A stretch of DNA of 64,000 bases. It comes from Candidatus Poriferisocius sp. GTDB taxonomy: Bacteria; Actinomycetota; Acidimicrobiia; Acidimicrobiales; Bin134. Of this stretch, positions 33,601 to 42,505 are shown piece by piece. The notes beneath the pieces were generated by a model. That model ran no database searches, was not told the origin of the DNA, and saw only the letters and a list, made by a program, of their open reading frames with translations. The DNA lies in assembly GCF_965208475.1 (NCBI RefSeq), contig NZ_OZ242338.1, positions 1,426,782 through 1,490,781 on the forward strand. The letters are read 5' to 3'. The first letter of the stretch is position 1. Each line of letters starts with the position of its first letter. Made by a program: the position numbers and the translations under genes.

Positions 33601-33715
33601 CGAGTTCGCCCTGCTCTTGCGGTTGGCCTGCATACAGGGCCCCAAGACTCTGGGGGAGCCCGACAAAGAAGCCCTCGACCAGTGCCAACCCCATCTCGAC
33701 GCCCAGCCAGATTGA
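30674..33715 (+). CDS. Secreted SpoIID/LytB-domain protein with duplicated N-subdomains and two C-terminal Asp-rich Cys repeats
   Basis: - Signal peptide 'LSLLLAASSALAIAASMLISAPVLAQ'.
- 'GWGHGVGMSQWGT...ILNYYY' near the N-terminus.
- 'YLRGIAEVPLDWP...QAIAARSYA...FYSSSNGGHSE' SpoIID core.
- The start could also be ATG 30650 or 30710. Confidence 0.8.
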   Translation: MSGRAANRFGRSMPWQRPAPMRCPRLSLLLAASSALAIAASMLISAPVLAQDSSDPEPALVVDPDAEITFSGSGWGHGVGMSQWGTYSRALAGHLVADILNYYYEGAELVENYGRPEGGPDPRPTPTPAPTPVRAPTPTSPEDPALVLLATAQSTTLTPGGLNRITIDNTDIPHDGQETTRPPAGTPITFTRADGRWHIAYNGIDICPNGCAGQTAQLHFATDTAVAVSNTGRSYSHGRINLTTTAQDPNRFHITLDSLTIDKYLNDPHNHPASQQEAPETPPLVLLATAQSTTLTPEGLNRVTIDNTDIPHDGQDATRPPAGTPITFTRADGRWHIAYNGIDICPNGCAGQTAQLHFATDTAVAVSNTGRSYSHGRINLTTTAQDPNRFHITLDSLTIDKYLNDPHNAIFGIPEPELGPPPEPVYPEDAIRILLATTAGTTLTPGGPNRITIDGQGDIRIPAGTPVAVTRHGNHWHIVHSGIDVCGAGCAGQTAQLHFATDTSVAVSNTGRSYSHGRINLVPTGGTPTEFYVVLDSMAMEDYLRGIAEVPLDWPLIAQEVQAIAARSYATATLRERRASASWTRPFDLYSTVWDQAFVGDTREKHASAGTWLQAVTNTAGQVLFYEGAPIRAFYSSSNGGHSERSSYVFHADLPYLPAKPDEFDTQNSPHATWERAYGVRDFNQWLNDHPDTSVGQLQSMEISGGAGVSGRVDKADIRITGTTRTVTVTGSRLQSRINTAAGERGQGQLLSTKFAFSLPVDTLVADTSQPAPPGEAPRDDAVFFSGIIDGPDFCLNRSLGGPTTYPHDSDGDGIADVCSLPRTRREAAARQQTLENMAMLPGFRERFSAYLAEECLSVPETLGEPDKEPADECQQHRTRSANAPADTGSPPPVSTAPAPPISNDGSPGETGDGLYFSGVIDGPDFCLNYSLGGPTTYPHDSDGDGIADVCSLPRTRREAAARQRALERVALDSPGEFALLLRLACIQGPKTLGEPDKEALDQCQPHLDAQPD
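31109..31897 (+). repeat. Two near-identical tandem 414-bp units within the SpoIID-like gene (a third, diverged copy follows at about 31960-32290)
   Basis: 31109-31483 versus 31523-31897 differ at only a handful of positions. The period is 414 nt (138 aa). Confidence 0.9.
33023..33581 (+). repeat. Two copies (period 396 bp) of a module of about 55 aa, 'F(F/Y)SG(I/V)IDGPDFCLN.SLGGPTTYPHDSDGDGIADVCSLPRTRREAAARQ'
   Basis: The core of about 78 bp is identical in both copies (agcctgggcggacccaccacctacccccacgacagcgacggcgacggcatagccgacgtctgctccctcccccgcac). Confidence 0.9.
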
Positions 33716-33790
33716 CGCCGCGGCCCCCGTTCCCAAGAAAACCGTACACACCGCCCGCCTTCGGGGGGAGGGGGTGGGTGGCGCCGGGAG

Positions 33791-34636
33791 TCAGCCCAGC
33801 AATAGGGCCACCAGACTTCTGAGCGGCACCCTGTAATCGGGGGGGAGGTCTAGGCCGGCGAGAGCCAGCGCCCGGTTCTCCAGAACCGAGTTGGCCGGGC
33901 GCGCCGCGGGGCGGGGCGGTTGCAGTTCTGCGGTGGCGATGGGCGCCACCCGGTCGGGATCGCGACCGGCGGCGGCCATGATCTCCCGGGCGAACTCATA
34001 CCTGGACACCGGCCCCTGATTGGTCACGTGGTACACGCCCGGGCGGCGGTCGGCGCACAGCCGTTCGATCACCGCGGCCACATCAGCGGTGAACGACGGA
34101 ATGCCCCGCTGGTCGTCCACGAACTGCATCGGCCCGCCCTCGGCAGCCAGCCGCAACACCGTGCTCACCATGTTGGATCCGTGGCGACCGCACAGCCACG
34201 AGGTTCGCACCACGGTGGCCTCCCCGCTGGCCTCGTGCTCGCCGGCCAGCTTGCTGGTGCCGTAGGCCGACCGGGGATCGGGCCGATCCCACTCGTGGTA
34301 GGGCTCGGACTGATCGCCGGAGAACACGTAGTCGGTGGAGATGTGGCACAGGTGGGCGCCGAACCGGCGGGCGGCCTCGGCCACATGGCGCACCGCCAGG
34401 GCGTTGATCTGGTAGGCCCGGCCGACATCGGTCTCGCAGGCGTCCACCGCGGTGTATGCCGCGCAGTTGACCACAACATCGGGGCCGATGCCGCCAACGG
34501 CACCCAGCACCTGATCGCGACGGGTGACGTCCAGCTCCCGGCGCCCGGCAGCAACCACCTCGTGGCCCGAAGCGGCGAAGCGCTCGACCGTGTCACGGCC
34601 CAGCTGCCCGCCGGCCCCGGTAACCAACACCCTCAT
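33791..34636 (-). CDS. rfbD: dTDP-4-dehydrorhamnose reductase
   Basis: 'MRVLVTGAGGQLG' and 'YGTSKLAGE' catalytic motif. Located in an rml operon. Confidence 0.9.
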   Translation of the reverse strand: MRVLVTGAGGQLGRDTVERFAASGHEVVAAGRRELDVTRRDQVLGAVGGIGPDVVVNCAAYTAVDACETDVGRAYQINALAVRHVAEAARRFGAHLCHISTDYVFSGDQSEPYHEWDRPDPRSAYGTSKLAGEHEASGEATVVRTSWLCGRHGSNMVSTVLRLAAEGGPMQFVDDQRGIPSFTADVAAVIERLCADRRPGVYHVTNQGPVSRYEFAREIMAAAGRDPDRVAPIATAELQPPRPAARPANSVLENRALALAGLDLPPDYRVPLRSLVALLLG

Positions 34637-34666
34637 CGGCCAGCCCCCCTCACGGTGCCGCCGCCA

Positions 34667-35629
34667 TCATGGCAGGGCCTTCTTCAGCGGTTCCCACCAC
34701 CATCGGTTGTCCCGGTACCAGGAAACGGTGGCCGCCAGGGCCTCGTCCAGCTCCCAGACCGGCCGCCATCCCAGCCTCTGGATCTTGGCGGTGTCCACCG
34801 AATACCGCCGGTCATGGCCCAGCCGGTCGGCCACTGGCCTGATGAGCGACTCGTCCTGCCCGCATAGCTCCACCAGGCGGGCCGCCAGGTCGCGGTTGGC
34901 CAGCTCGTTGCCCCCGCCGATGTTGTAGACCTCCCCCGGCAGCCCCTGGCGCAGCACCATGTCAATGGCCGCGCAGTTGTCCTCCACATGGCACCAGTCC
35001 CGCACGTTCTGGCCGTCGCCGTACAACGGCACCGCCAGCCCGTCCAGCAGGTTGGTGGTGAACAGGGGGATGACCTTCTCCGGGTGCTGGTAAGGGCCGA
35101 AGTTGTTGGACGACCGGGTAACGGCCACCGGCAGTCCGAACGTCTTCCGATAGGCCAGCGCGATCAGGTCGGCTCCGGCTTTGGAAGCCGAGTAGGGCGA
35201 GCTGGGCGCCAGCCGGTCGGCCTCGGTGAACGAACCCGCCTCGATCGATCCGTACACCTCGTCGGTGGAGACGCACACCACCTTTTCCAATTCCAGGCGC
35301 CGGGCGGTGTCGCACACCACGTTGACGCCACCGCAGTTGGTGCGAACGAAGGCGTCGGGGCTGACGATGGAGCGGTCCACATGGCTCTCGGCCGCGAAGT
35401 GGACCACGGCGTCGCAGCCGGCCATGGCCTCGGCCACCCCTTCGCGGTCGCACACGTCGCCCTTCACGAACACCAGGCGGCGGTCGCCCTCGAGATCCCG
35501 CAGGTTGTCCCGGTTGCCGGCGTAGGTAAGGGCGTCGTACACCACCATGTCGTCGTCGGAGTGGGACATCACCCAGCGGGCGTAGTTGGCGCCCACGAAC
35601 CCCGCGCCCCCGGTGATGAACAGCCTCAC
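34667..35629 (-). CDS. rfbB: dTDP-glucose 4,6-dehydratase
   Basis: 'LFITGGAGFVGANY', 'FAAESHVDRS' and 'YSASKAGADL'. Confidence 0.9.
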   Translation of the reverse strand: MRLFITGGAGFVGANYARWVMSHSDDDMVVYDALTYAGNRDNLRDLEGDRRLVFVKGDVCDREGVAEAMAGCDAVVHFAAESHVDRSIVSPDAFVRTNCGGVNVVCDTARRLELEKVVCVSTDEVYGSIEAGSFTEADRLAPSSPYSASKAGADLIALAYRKTFGLPVAVTRSSNNFGPYQHPEKVIPLFTTNLLDGLAVPLYGDGQNVRDWCHVEDNCAAIDMVLRQGLPGEVYNIGGGNELANRDLAARLVELCGQDESLIRPVADRLGHDRRYSVDTAKIQRLGWRPVWELDEALAATVSWYRDNRWWWEPLKKALP

Positions 35630-35699
35630 GCCACGCCCCCAGCCTCAGTCGAGGCCTGGACGCTCCGGGAATGTTCGCCATGGCCGCGGCCCGCCAGGC

Positions 35700-36260
35700 T
35701 CATCTCTCCCACCGGGGCCTCAAATGGTCGGGAATATCCGCCCGTCGGGGGTTTGCCCGGTCCCGGTCGGACAGCACCGGGTTCTCCACCCCCCAATCGG
35801 CTGCGATGTCGGGGTCGTCCCACGCCACGCCCAGTTCGTCGGCCGGGTTGTAGTAGCGGTCAACCAGGTAGGTGATGGTCATATCGGTCAGCGCCGCGAA
35901 CCCGTGGGCCACGCCAGGGGGGATGTACACCCCGAGATGGCGGTTGGCGCCGTCGAACTCGGTGCCCAGGGGCACCTCTATGGTGCGCCCGCAGGAGGGC
36001 GAACCCGACCTAAGGTCATGGAGCACCACGCGGGCCCGACCGAAGGGCACATACCAGTAGTCGGCCTGTTGGCGGTGATAGTGCAGGCCCACCACCGAGC
36101 CAGCCAGCCGGTCGCCCCGATTGGCCTGGACCATCTCCCCGGCGCCCGGGATCCACTCCCGCCGGTAGGTCTCCACGAAAACCCCCCGCTGGTCGCCGTG
36201 GATGTCGGGGTACACGATGAACACGCCCGAGATCGCATCGCAGGGGCTTACCTCGGCCAC
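35700..36260 (-). CDS. rfbC: dTDP-4-dehydrorhamnose 3,5-epimerase
   Basis: 'DIHGDQRGVFVETYR', 'GLHYH' and 'IPPGVAHGF' cupin motifs. I place the start at GTG 36260, just after the rfbA stop; the longer ORF-track model overlaps rfbA. Confidence 0.85.
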   Translation of the reverse strand: MAEVSPCDAISGVFIVYPDIHGDQRGVFVETYRREWIPGAGEMVQANRGDRLAGSVVGLHYHRQQADYWYVPFGRARVVLHDLRSGSPSCGRTIEVPLGTEFDGANRHLGVYIPPGVAHGFAALTDMTITYLVDRYYNPADELGVAWDDPDIAADWGVENPVLSDRDRANPRRADIPDHLRPRWER

Positions 36261-36265
36261 TTTCC

Positions 36266-37372
36266 CTACCCAAGCTGTAGCTGCGAATGGTCGCCCAGCG
36301 TCAGCCGGACAGCCGGGCGGCGCTCCGGCGAGCGGGATACCCGCACCTGCTGGCCGATCAGCGAGTCGGTGATGCGGCTGATGCCCGCGATATGGCTCCC
36401 GTCCATCACCACCGAGTGGTCCAGTTCGGCATCGGCGATCACGCAGTCGGCGCCGACAGAGGTGTACGGCCCGATGAACGCGTTCTCGATGCGGGCATCG
36501 GCGCCGATCACCGCCGGTCCCCTGACCGTGGAGTTCACGATCTTGGCGCCCTCGGCCACCACCACCCTGCCCTCCACCCGGGAGGCGTCGTCCACCGCGC
36601 CGCCCACCTTGCGGACCACAGTGTCGAGCACCAGCCGGTTGCACTCCAACAGCGGATCCTTCTTGCCGGTGTCGATCCACCAGCCGTCCAGCATCTGGTG
36701 GCTCACCCGATGGCCGTTGCGGATGAGCCAGTCAATGGCATCGGTGATCTCCAGTTCGCCCCGGGCCGATGGCTCGATAGACGCCACCGCCTCATGGATG
36801 GCGGCGTCGAAGATGTACACCCCCACCAGCGCCAAGTCTGAGGGCGGGTCGGCGGGCTTTTCCACCAGGTTAACCACATCGCCGCCGGGTCCGATCTCAG
36901 CAACTCCGAACGACGACGGGTTCTGAACCGGCGTCAGCAGGATCTGGGCCCGGCACGGCCCGGCGGCGGCGTCGTCCAGCAGGCTGGGGCGGTGTCGGCG
37001 CCCCTGCTCGAACCGCTCGACGAACTCGCCGAGCCCCTGCTCCAGCATGTTGTCGCCCAGATACATCACGAAGCAGTCATCGCCCAAAAACCCGCGGGCG
37101 ACGTGTACGCAGTGGGCCAGTCCCAATGGAGCGTCTTGGCGGATGTAGGTCACCGTCACCCCGAAGCGCGACCCGTCGCCCACTGCGTCTTCGATCTCCT
37201 GGTGGGTGTCGCCCACCACGATGGCGATGTCGGTGATACCCGCGGCGGCCATGTCCTCTATGCCGTAGAACAGCACCGGCTTGTTGGCGATGGGCACCAA
37301 CTGCTTGGCCCGAGTGTGGGTCAGCGGGCGCAGCCTCGTGCCCGCGCCCCCCGACAAGATCAACCCCTTCAT
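36266..37372 (-). CDS. rfbA: Glucose-1-phosphate thymidylyltransferase (long form with C-terminal beta-helix)
   Basis: 'MKGLILSGGAGTRLRPLTHTRAKQLVPIANKPVLFY' plus a C-terminal hexapeptide-repeat region. Confidence 0.85.
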   Translation of the reverse strand: MKGLILSGGAGTRLRPLTHTRAKQLVPIANKPVLFYGIEDMAAAGITDIAIVVGDTHQEIEDAVGDGSRFGVTVTYIRQDAPLGLAHCVHVARGFLGDDCFVMYLGDNMLEQGLGEFVERFEQGRRHRPSLLDDAAAGPCRAQILLTPVQNPSSFGVAEIGPGGDVVNLVEKPADPPSDLALVGVYIFDAAIHEAVASIEPSARGELEITDAIDWLIRNGHRVSHQMLDGWWIDTGKKDPLLECNRLVLDTVVRKVGGAVDDASRVEGRVVVAEGAKIVNSTVRGPAVIGADARIENAFIGPYTSVGADCVIADAELDHSVVMDGSHIAGISRITDSLIGQQVRVSRSPERRPAVRLTLGDHSQLQLG

Positions 37373-37462
37373 GCGCCAGCCAGTGTACGGCCCGCCCGCT
37401 GCCGCCGCGACACCGCCAACTCGACCCGGCCGACCCCACCCGGCCAGTCGCCGACGGCGCGC

Positions 37463-37711
37463 TCAGGCTTCTCGGGGGTCGTCGATGGTAACAGCGCCCA
37501 CCTCAGCCAGGCGAGTGCTCACCATGTCCAAGGCGATCTGCTCCAGGAACTCCTTGGGCATCACGCACTCGCGGCACTCGGCGCCCTCGAGGATGAGGCG
37601 CAGGGCCACAGCCCCGCCAGACGCCGACAGCAACTCCACGTCACCGCCGTCGAGGGCCACCAGCGCCCGCAATTCATCTACGGCTTCGTCTAACAGGGCT
37701 TGATCCATCAC
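37463..37711 (-). CDS. NifU-like (C-terminal domain) protein
   Basis: 'LDGGDVELLSASGGAVALRLILEGAECRECVMP' resembles the NifU C-terminal CxxC module. Confidence 0.6.
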   Translation of the reverse strand: MMDQALLDEAVDELRALVALDGGDVELLSASGGAVALRLILEGAECRECVMPKEFLEQIALDMVSTRLAEVGAVTIDDPREA

Positions 37712-38523
37712 GGCGTCTCCTGGCTGGCATCTTGTCCGAGATTCGGGGGCCGGGTTCGAGACAAGAATGCACCGGCGTCGGCCAAAATGAGCTGGCCGGT
37801 TATGCAGCGGGCCAGGTCAGAGGCCAGATACACCGACAGTCGGCCCAACTCCTCGGGCAGGGTCTCCCGACGCAGCGGGGTGGCGGCCACGATGGCATCG
37901 TGGTGGCCGGGCGGGAAGGCCCTTCTGACCTCCTCGGTGAGCGTGGTGCCGGGAGCAATGGCGTTGACCCGGATGTTGTGGGGGCCGAGCTCCACCGCCG
38001 CCGACCAGGTCAGGTGGTTGATGGCCGCCTTGGCCGCGGCGTAGCTCGACATCATGGGCGAAGGCCGCGTCGTCTCTCCCGAGCTGACGTTGATGATGAC
38101 CCCGCCGCCCTGCCCCATCATCACCAGGGCCTCGGCCCGGGCACACAGCGCGGTGAGCACCAAGTTCTGGTCGACGATGTCCCGCCAGAACGCCCCGTCC
38201 ATGTCCACGAACCGAGCGGTCCCCCGCCCCGCCATCATCCCCACATTGTTGACTGCGATGTCCAGCCGCCCTCCCCAGGCCGCCACATCGGCCACCAGCC
38301 GGTCGATGGCGGCATCGTCCCGCAGATCAGCCGCGAACGCTTCGGCATCGCCCCCCTCGCGGGCAATGCGGGCCACCGTCTCTTCGGCCTGACCAGCCCG
38401 AACGTCGTTCACCGCCACCGAGGCGCCGGCCCGGGCCATCCACCGGGCGATCTCCCGGCCGATGCCCGCTCCCGAGCCGGTGACCAGCGCCACCTTGCCC
38501 GAGTGGTCGATCTCGATGCCCAT
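37708..38523 (-). CDS. Short-chain dehydrogenase/reductase (SDR)
   Basis: 'KVALVTGSGAGIGREIA' TGxxxGxG, 'NNVG' and 'YAAAKAA' YxxxK. Confidence 0.85.
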   Translation of the reverse strand: MGIEIDHSGKVALVTGSGAGIGREIARWMARAGASVAVNDVRAGQAEETVARIAREGGDAEAFAADLRDDAAIDRLVADVAAWGGRLDIAVNNVGMMAGRGTARFVDMDGAFWRDIVDQNLVLTALCARAEALVMMGQGGGVIINVSSGETTRPSPMMSSYAAAKAAINHLTWSAAVELGPHNIRVNAIAPGTTLTEEVRRAFPPGHHDAIVAATPLRRETLPEELGRLSVYLASDLARCITGQLILADAGAFLSRTRPPNLGQDASQETP

Positions 38524-38535
38524 GCTCCTGTGGCT

Positions 38536-39606
38536 TCAGCCGTGCCTGAGCCCGACCCGCACCGCATCGCGGCCGGCGGTGCGCTGGAGCATGGCCATGG
38601 CCTCGTCGATCCGATCGATGTCGAACACCTCGCCCAGCAGCGGGCCGGTGGGGAACTCCCCCGTGTTCAAGATGGCCACCGCCTCCTCCATAGAGCCATG
38701 GCTGGATCCGGAACCGCCCTGCACGGTTAGGCCCTTCAGCACGATCAGATCGCTGGTCAACTCCACCGGGGCCATGTTCTTCAACCCGGCCAAGAGCACC
38801 TTGCCCCCTTGGCGCACCAAATCGAGGCACAACGGGACGGTCGCGGCGGTATCAGCGGCCAAATCGACCGCCATGTCGGCCATGGCCCCACCGGTTATCT
38901 CGGCCACCAGCGCGACGGGGTCGGTCTTGGTCACGTCGATGGTCACATCGGCGCCCACGTCGCGGGCCACCTCGAGGCGAAGCCCGTCGGCATCGGTCCC
39001 GGTGACGATCACCGTCTCGGCACCCCGGCGCTTGGCCTCGGCCGCGCACACCAGCCCCATGTGGCCCGGGCCCTGCACCACCACGGTCTCGCCCTCGGCC
39101 ACCGGCATCATCTTGAACCAGTTGCACACGCTGGCCAGCGGCTCGAACAGGGTCAGCTCGGCTGCGTCAACGTCTTCGGTCAGCTTCATGAGGTGGGATC
39201 CGGGCAGCAATCCCATGTACTCCCCGTAGCCGCCCCACAGCCCGTGGTCGTCGTCTGTGCCCATGGTGTAGCCGTACAGGTTGCCCAGGCCGAACGGGTT
39301 GGCCTCGGTGGGCGGCACCCGCACGTTCAGGTCTACCGCCACCCGGTCGCCCACTGCCACCCCCAAGTCGGCGCCATCGGCCAGCTCGTGTACCCGGCCC
39401 ACAATCTCGTGGCCGGGAACCAGCGGGGACTTCTCGCCCGGGACGTGCTGGTGGCCGTGGAGCTGGGCCAGGTCGCTGCCGCACATGCCCACGGCTTCCA
39501 CTCTCAGCACACCGCCGCCCGGGGGCGGCTCGGGCACGGCGAAGTCGTCGCGCTTGGCGTAGGTGCCGTCGCCGTTGAACACCACTCCCCGACAGGTTCC
39601 GCTCAT
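38536..39606 (-). CDS. Zinc-dependent alcohol dehydrogenase family (MDR)
   Basis: 'GMCGSDL', 'PGHEIVGRV' and 'VVVQGPGHMGL' motifs. Confidence 0.85.
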   Translation of the reverse strand: MSGTCRGVVFNGDGTYAKRDDFAVPEPPPGGGVLRVEAVGMCGSDLAQLHGHQHVPGEKSPLVPGHEIVGRVHELADGADLGVAVGDRVAVDLNVRVPPTEANPFGLGNLYGYTMGTDDDHGLWGGYGEYMGLLPGSHLMKLTEDVDAAELTLFEPLASVCNWFKMMPVAEGETVVVQGPGHMGLVCAAEAKRRGAETVIVTGTDADGLRLEVARDVGADVTIDVTKTDPVALVAEITGGAMADMAVDLAADTAATVPLCLDLVRQGGKVLLAGLKNMAPVELTSDLIVLKGLTVQGGSGSSHGSMEEAVAILNTGEFPTGPLLGEVFDIDRIDEAMAMLQRTAGRDAVRVGLRHG

Positions 39607-39651
39607 GATCGCCGCCTTCCTACCGGAGCTCGCGGGCCGCCGAACGCGGAA

Positions 39652-40854
39652 TCAGCTGATCCCGCTCTTCTCCAGAATGTGGACACCGCAGCTTGACCCC
39701 AGGCCGATCACATGGGCCAGGCCCACGTTGGCCCCGGCCACCTGGCGATCGCCGGCCTCGCCCCGCAGGTGGGTGGCCACCTCGTAGACATTGGCCACAC
39801 CGGTGGCCCCGATGGGATGGCCCTTGGAGATGAGCCCGCCGGACACGTTCACCGGGGTCTCGCCGTCGCGCCACGGGGCGCCCCGGTCGATGAAGTCGCC
39901 CGCGCCGCCCGGCTCGCACAAGCCCAGGTTGTCGTAGTGGATGAGCTCGGCGGTGGCGAAACAGTCGTGCAACTCCACCAGGCTGAGGTCCTCGGGACCC
40001 ACCCCGGCCTGCTCGTAGGCGGCCTGGGCGGCGTTGCGGGTAAGGGTGTTCACGTCGGGCTGCATCTGCCCCGATTCCACATAGGGGTCGGTGGTCAGCA
40101 CCGAGGCGGAGATCTTCACCGCCCGGGACTGCTGCTCCCGGCTCAGCGAAGCGAAACGCTCCTCCCCCACCAACACGCAGGCGGCAGCGCCATCGCCGGT
40201 GGGGCAGCACATCAGCAGGGTGTTGGGGTACGACTGCATGGGCGAGCCCATGACCTCCTCCAGGGTGAACTCCTTCTGATACTGGGCCAGGGGGTTCAGG
40301 GTGGAGTGGGCGTGGTTCTTCTGGGCCACCTTGGCAAACTGCTCGAAGCCCACCCCGTCGTTGTCGTTTGAGTACTCCATGCCGGCTTGGGCGAACACGC
40401 CGGGCATGGTGTCGGTGCCCAAGATGCCGTCAACGGGCATGACCGCGCCGTAGCGTCCCGACGGCTCGTACACGTTCTTCTCCTTGCGGGCGCCGCCGGC
40501 CAGAAGGCCCATCTTGCCCATCTGCTCCACGCCGATGGCCAAGCCCACGTCGGCCTCGCCGGCCCGAATGGCCATGATCACCGTGCGCAGGGCGGTGGCC
40601 CCGGTAGCGCAGGCGTTGGCCACGTTGTATACGGGGATGCCGGTCTGGCCGATCTGCTTCTGCACCTGCTGGCCCATGCCGGAGTTGGCCTGGAACAGGG
40701 TCCCGCAAGCCAGGATGTCCACGTCGGAAATGGCCACCCCGCCGTCGTCGAGCGCCCCCAAGGCCGCGGTGGCGGCCAAGTCCACCGCATCCTGGTCGGG
40801 GTAGCGGCCGAACGCCGTCATGTGCGTTCCCAGAACCCAGATGTCTTGAGCCAT
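39652..40854 (-). CDS. Thiolase-like lipid-transfer protein (SCP-x type)
   Basis: 'NVANACATGATAL' active-site Cys region and 'GGLISKGHPIGATG'. Paired with the DUF35 gene downstream. Confidence 0.8.
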   Translation of the reverse strand: MAQDIWVLGTHMTAFGRYPDQDAVDLAATAALGALDDGGVAISDVDILACGTLFQANSGMGQQVQKQIGQTGIPVYNVANACATGATALRTVIMAIRAGEADVGLAIGVEQMGKMGLLAGGARKEKNVYEPSGRYGAVMPVDGILGTDTMPGVFAQAGMEYSNDNDGVGFEQFAKVAQKNHAHSTLNPLAQYQKEFTLEEVMGSPMQSYPNTLLMCCPTGDGAAACVLVGEERFASLSREQQSRAVKISASVLTTDPYVESGQMQPDVNTLTRNAAQAAYEQAGVGPEDLSLVELHDCFATAELIHYDNLGLCEPGGAGDFIDRGAPWRDGETPVNVSGGLISKGHPIGATGVANVYEVATHLRGEAGDRQVAGANVGLAHVIGLGSSCGVHILEKSGIS

Positions 40855-40933
40855 TTTCGGCCTCCTGTCGGTTGGTTGGGTCTCGTGGTCGGCCTGGCCG
40901 ATCCCTGTGTCGGATCAGCCTAGGGTCAGATTG

Positions 40934-41362
40934 TCACGCCGGGGCGTACCCGAAGGCAACGGCCTGTTGGCCGTCGTCGTCGGTGCCCACCACATATGTG
41001 TCGAGCTTCACCTTCATGCCCAGCGTGATCTTGGCTGGATCGGATGCCACATTGATGAGGTTGGATCGAACCGAGGTGCCGTCGTCGGTGACGACGATGG
41101 CCGACACGTAGGGCGTGGGGATGGTGGGGGCAGCCCGGTACACGATGCTGAAAGTCCGCAGCGTGCCCGTGTCGCTCACCCTTGCGGTTCTGAATTCCCG
41201 CCCCCCGCACTGGGCACAGGCGTTGCGGCGGCCGAAGAACCGGGCACCGCAGCTTTCGCACTCGTTGGCCTGCAAATAGGGGCCGTCGTCCAAGACGAGA
41301 TATTCCACCAGGGGGATCTGCACGACGGGCAGACTACCCCAGCGGCCCCTTCGCCGACCCAA
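40934..41362 (-). CDS. Zn-ribbon/OB-fold protein (DUF35 family, thiolase partner)
   Basis: 'CESCGARFFGRRNACAQCGG' rubredoxin-like ribbon followed by an OB-fold-like region. Confidence 0.75.
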   Translation of the reverse strand: MGRRRGRWGSLPVVQIPLVEYLVLDDGPYLQANECESCGARFFGRRNACAQCGGREFRTARVSDTGTLRTFSIVYRAAPTIPTPYVSAIVVTDDGTSVRSNLINVASDPAKITLGMKVKLDTYVVGTDDDGQQAVAFGYAPA

Positions 41363-41368
41363 CCGCCG

Positions 41369-41860
41369 CTACTCGGGGACGCCGAAACCCTGGGGGAATC
41401 CGCCATCGTGGTAGCCCGACTGCTCGACCTTTTTGGCGATGCGGAAACCGTCGGGGGTGCGGGTCACGGTGTCGTGGTACCAGCCGCCCACGTAGAACAT
41501 GAACAGCTTGGCGCCGTTGGGGTCGAAGGTCTTGCCGTCGTCGGCCACCGGCGCGCCCATGGGGTTGTGGAACAGCGTCGTACACTGGGCGGTGTCGCCG
41601 TCCCAGCTGCGGACGTAGGTCTTGCCCACCATGTGCTGGGTCATGGGGAATAGGGAGAGCGCGGTCTGAAGCCAGCGCTTGACCGTGGGATAGTCGGCGT
41701 TGGCGTCGTCCACGCCGGGGGCCGACGAGGAGTAGTCCAGATGGGCGTCGGGGGTGAATACCGTGTCGAGGAGGTCCCAGTCCTTCTCGTCAATGGCAAT
41801 GGTGTAACGGACGATGGTGTCCTCGATGGCCAGGCGGTCGACGGGATCAGGCATGTTCAT
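41369..41860 (-). CDS. SnoaL-like / NTF2-fold protein
   Basis: 'DRLAIEDTIVRYTIAIDEKDWDLLDTVFTPDAHLDY' is typical of the SnoaL_4 family. Confidence 0.65.
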   Translation of the reverse strand: MNMPDPVDRLAIEDTIVRYTIAIDEKDWDLLDTVFTPDAHLDYSSSAPGVDDANADYPTVKRWLQTALSLFPMTQHMVGKTYVRSWDGDTAQCTTLFHNPMGAPVADDGKTFDPNGAKLFMFYVGGWYHDTVTRTPDGFRIAKKVEQSGYHDGGFPQGFGVPE

Positions 41861-42447
41861 GGCCGGGAACCGTAGTAGATGATCTCGTCCAATGGCCGCC
41901 TGGGGCGGGCCGCGGAGCGGCTGGGCCTAGTTGACGACGGGTAGCCCAGCGCCACGGTGCCCACTATGCGGCGGTCGTTGGCGATGCTGAGGCCCTCGAC
42001 AACGGCCGCCTCATGTTCGAAAACGCCGAAGAAGCAGGCGCCCAGGCCGGCTGCCGATGCTCCCAGCAGGAGACTGTGGACTGCCATGCCGGCGTCCACC
42101 CACCAGTAGGGAACCGGCCAGGCCTCGGCGCTGTCGCCCAGGCCGGTATGGGCCTTGTCGGGCTCGGAGTAGCGGCGGAGGTACCGCTCGGGGTTGGTGA
42201 GCACCACCACCAGAACGGGTGCGGCCAGCAAACCGGGCCAGGGGAACTCGGCTCGGCGCTCGGGCGTGAGGGTCAGCCGCCAGTACTGCTCGGGGTCGGA
42301 GACCACGCAGAACTCCACGGCCTGGGTGTTGCCCGCCGACGGTGAGCGCCGGGCCTGGTCGAGCAGCTCGGCCACTGAGCCATCGGGGAGCGGATCGGCG
42401 AGGAAGTCGCGGCACATCGGCCGCCGAGTAGGAGGTGAGCCGCTCAT
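41857..42447 (-). CDS. Nitroreductase family protein
   Basis: 'RRSPSAGNTQAVEFCVV' nitroreductase N-terminal motif and size of about 196 aa. Confidence 0.7.
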   Translation of the reverse strand: MSGSPPTRRPMCRDFLADPLPDGSVAELLDQARRSPSAGNTQAVEFCVVSDPEQYWRLTLTPERRAEFPWPGLLAAPVLVVVLTNPERYLRRYSEPDKAHTGLGDSAEAWPVPYWWVDAGMAVHSLLLGASAAGLGACFFGVFEHEAAVVEGLSIANDRRIVGTVALGYPSSTRPSRSAARPRRPLDEIIYYGSRP

Positions 42448-42505
42448 GGCAGGCGCGGCCCAACAGCCACCGGGCCCACGGCCACCGGGTCTACGGCCAG
42501 CTTGT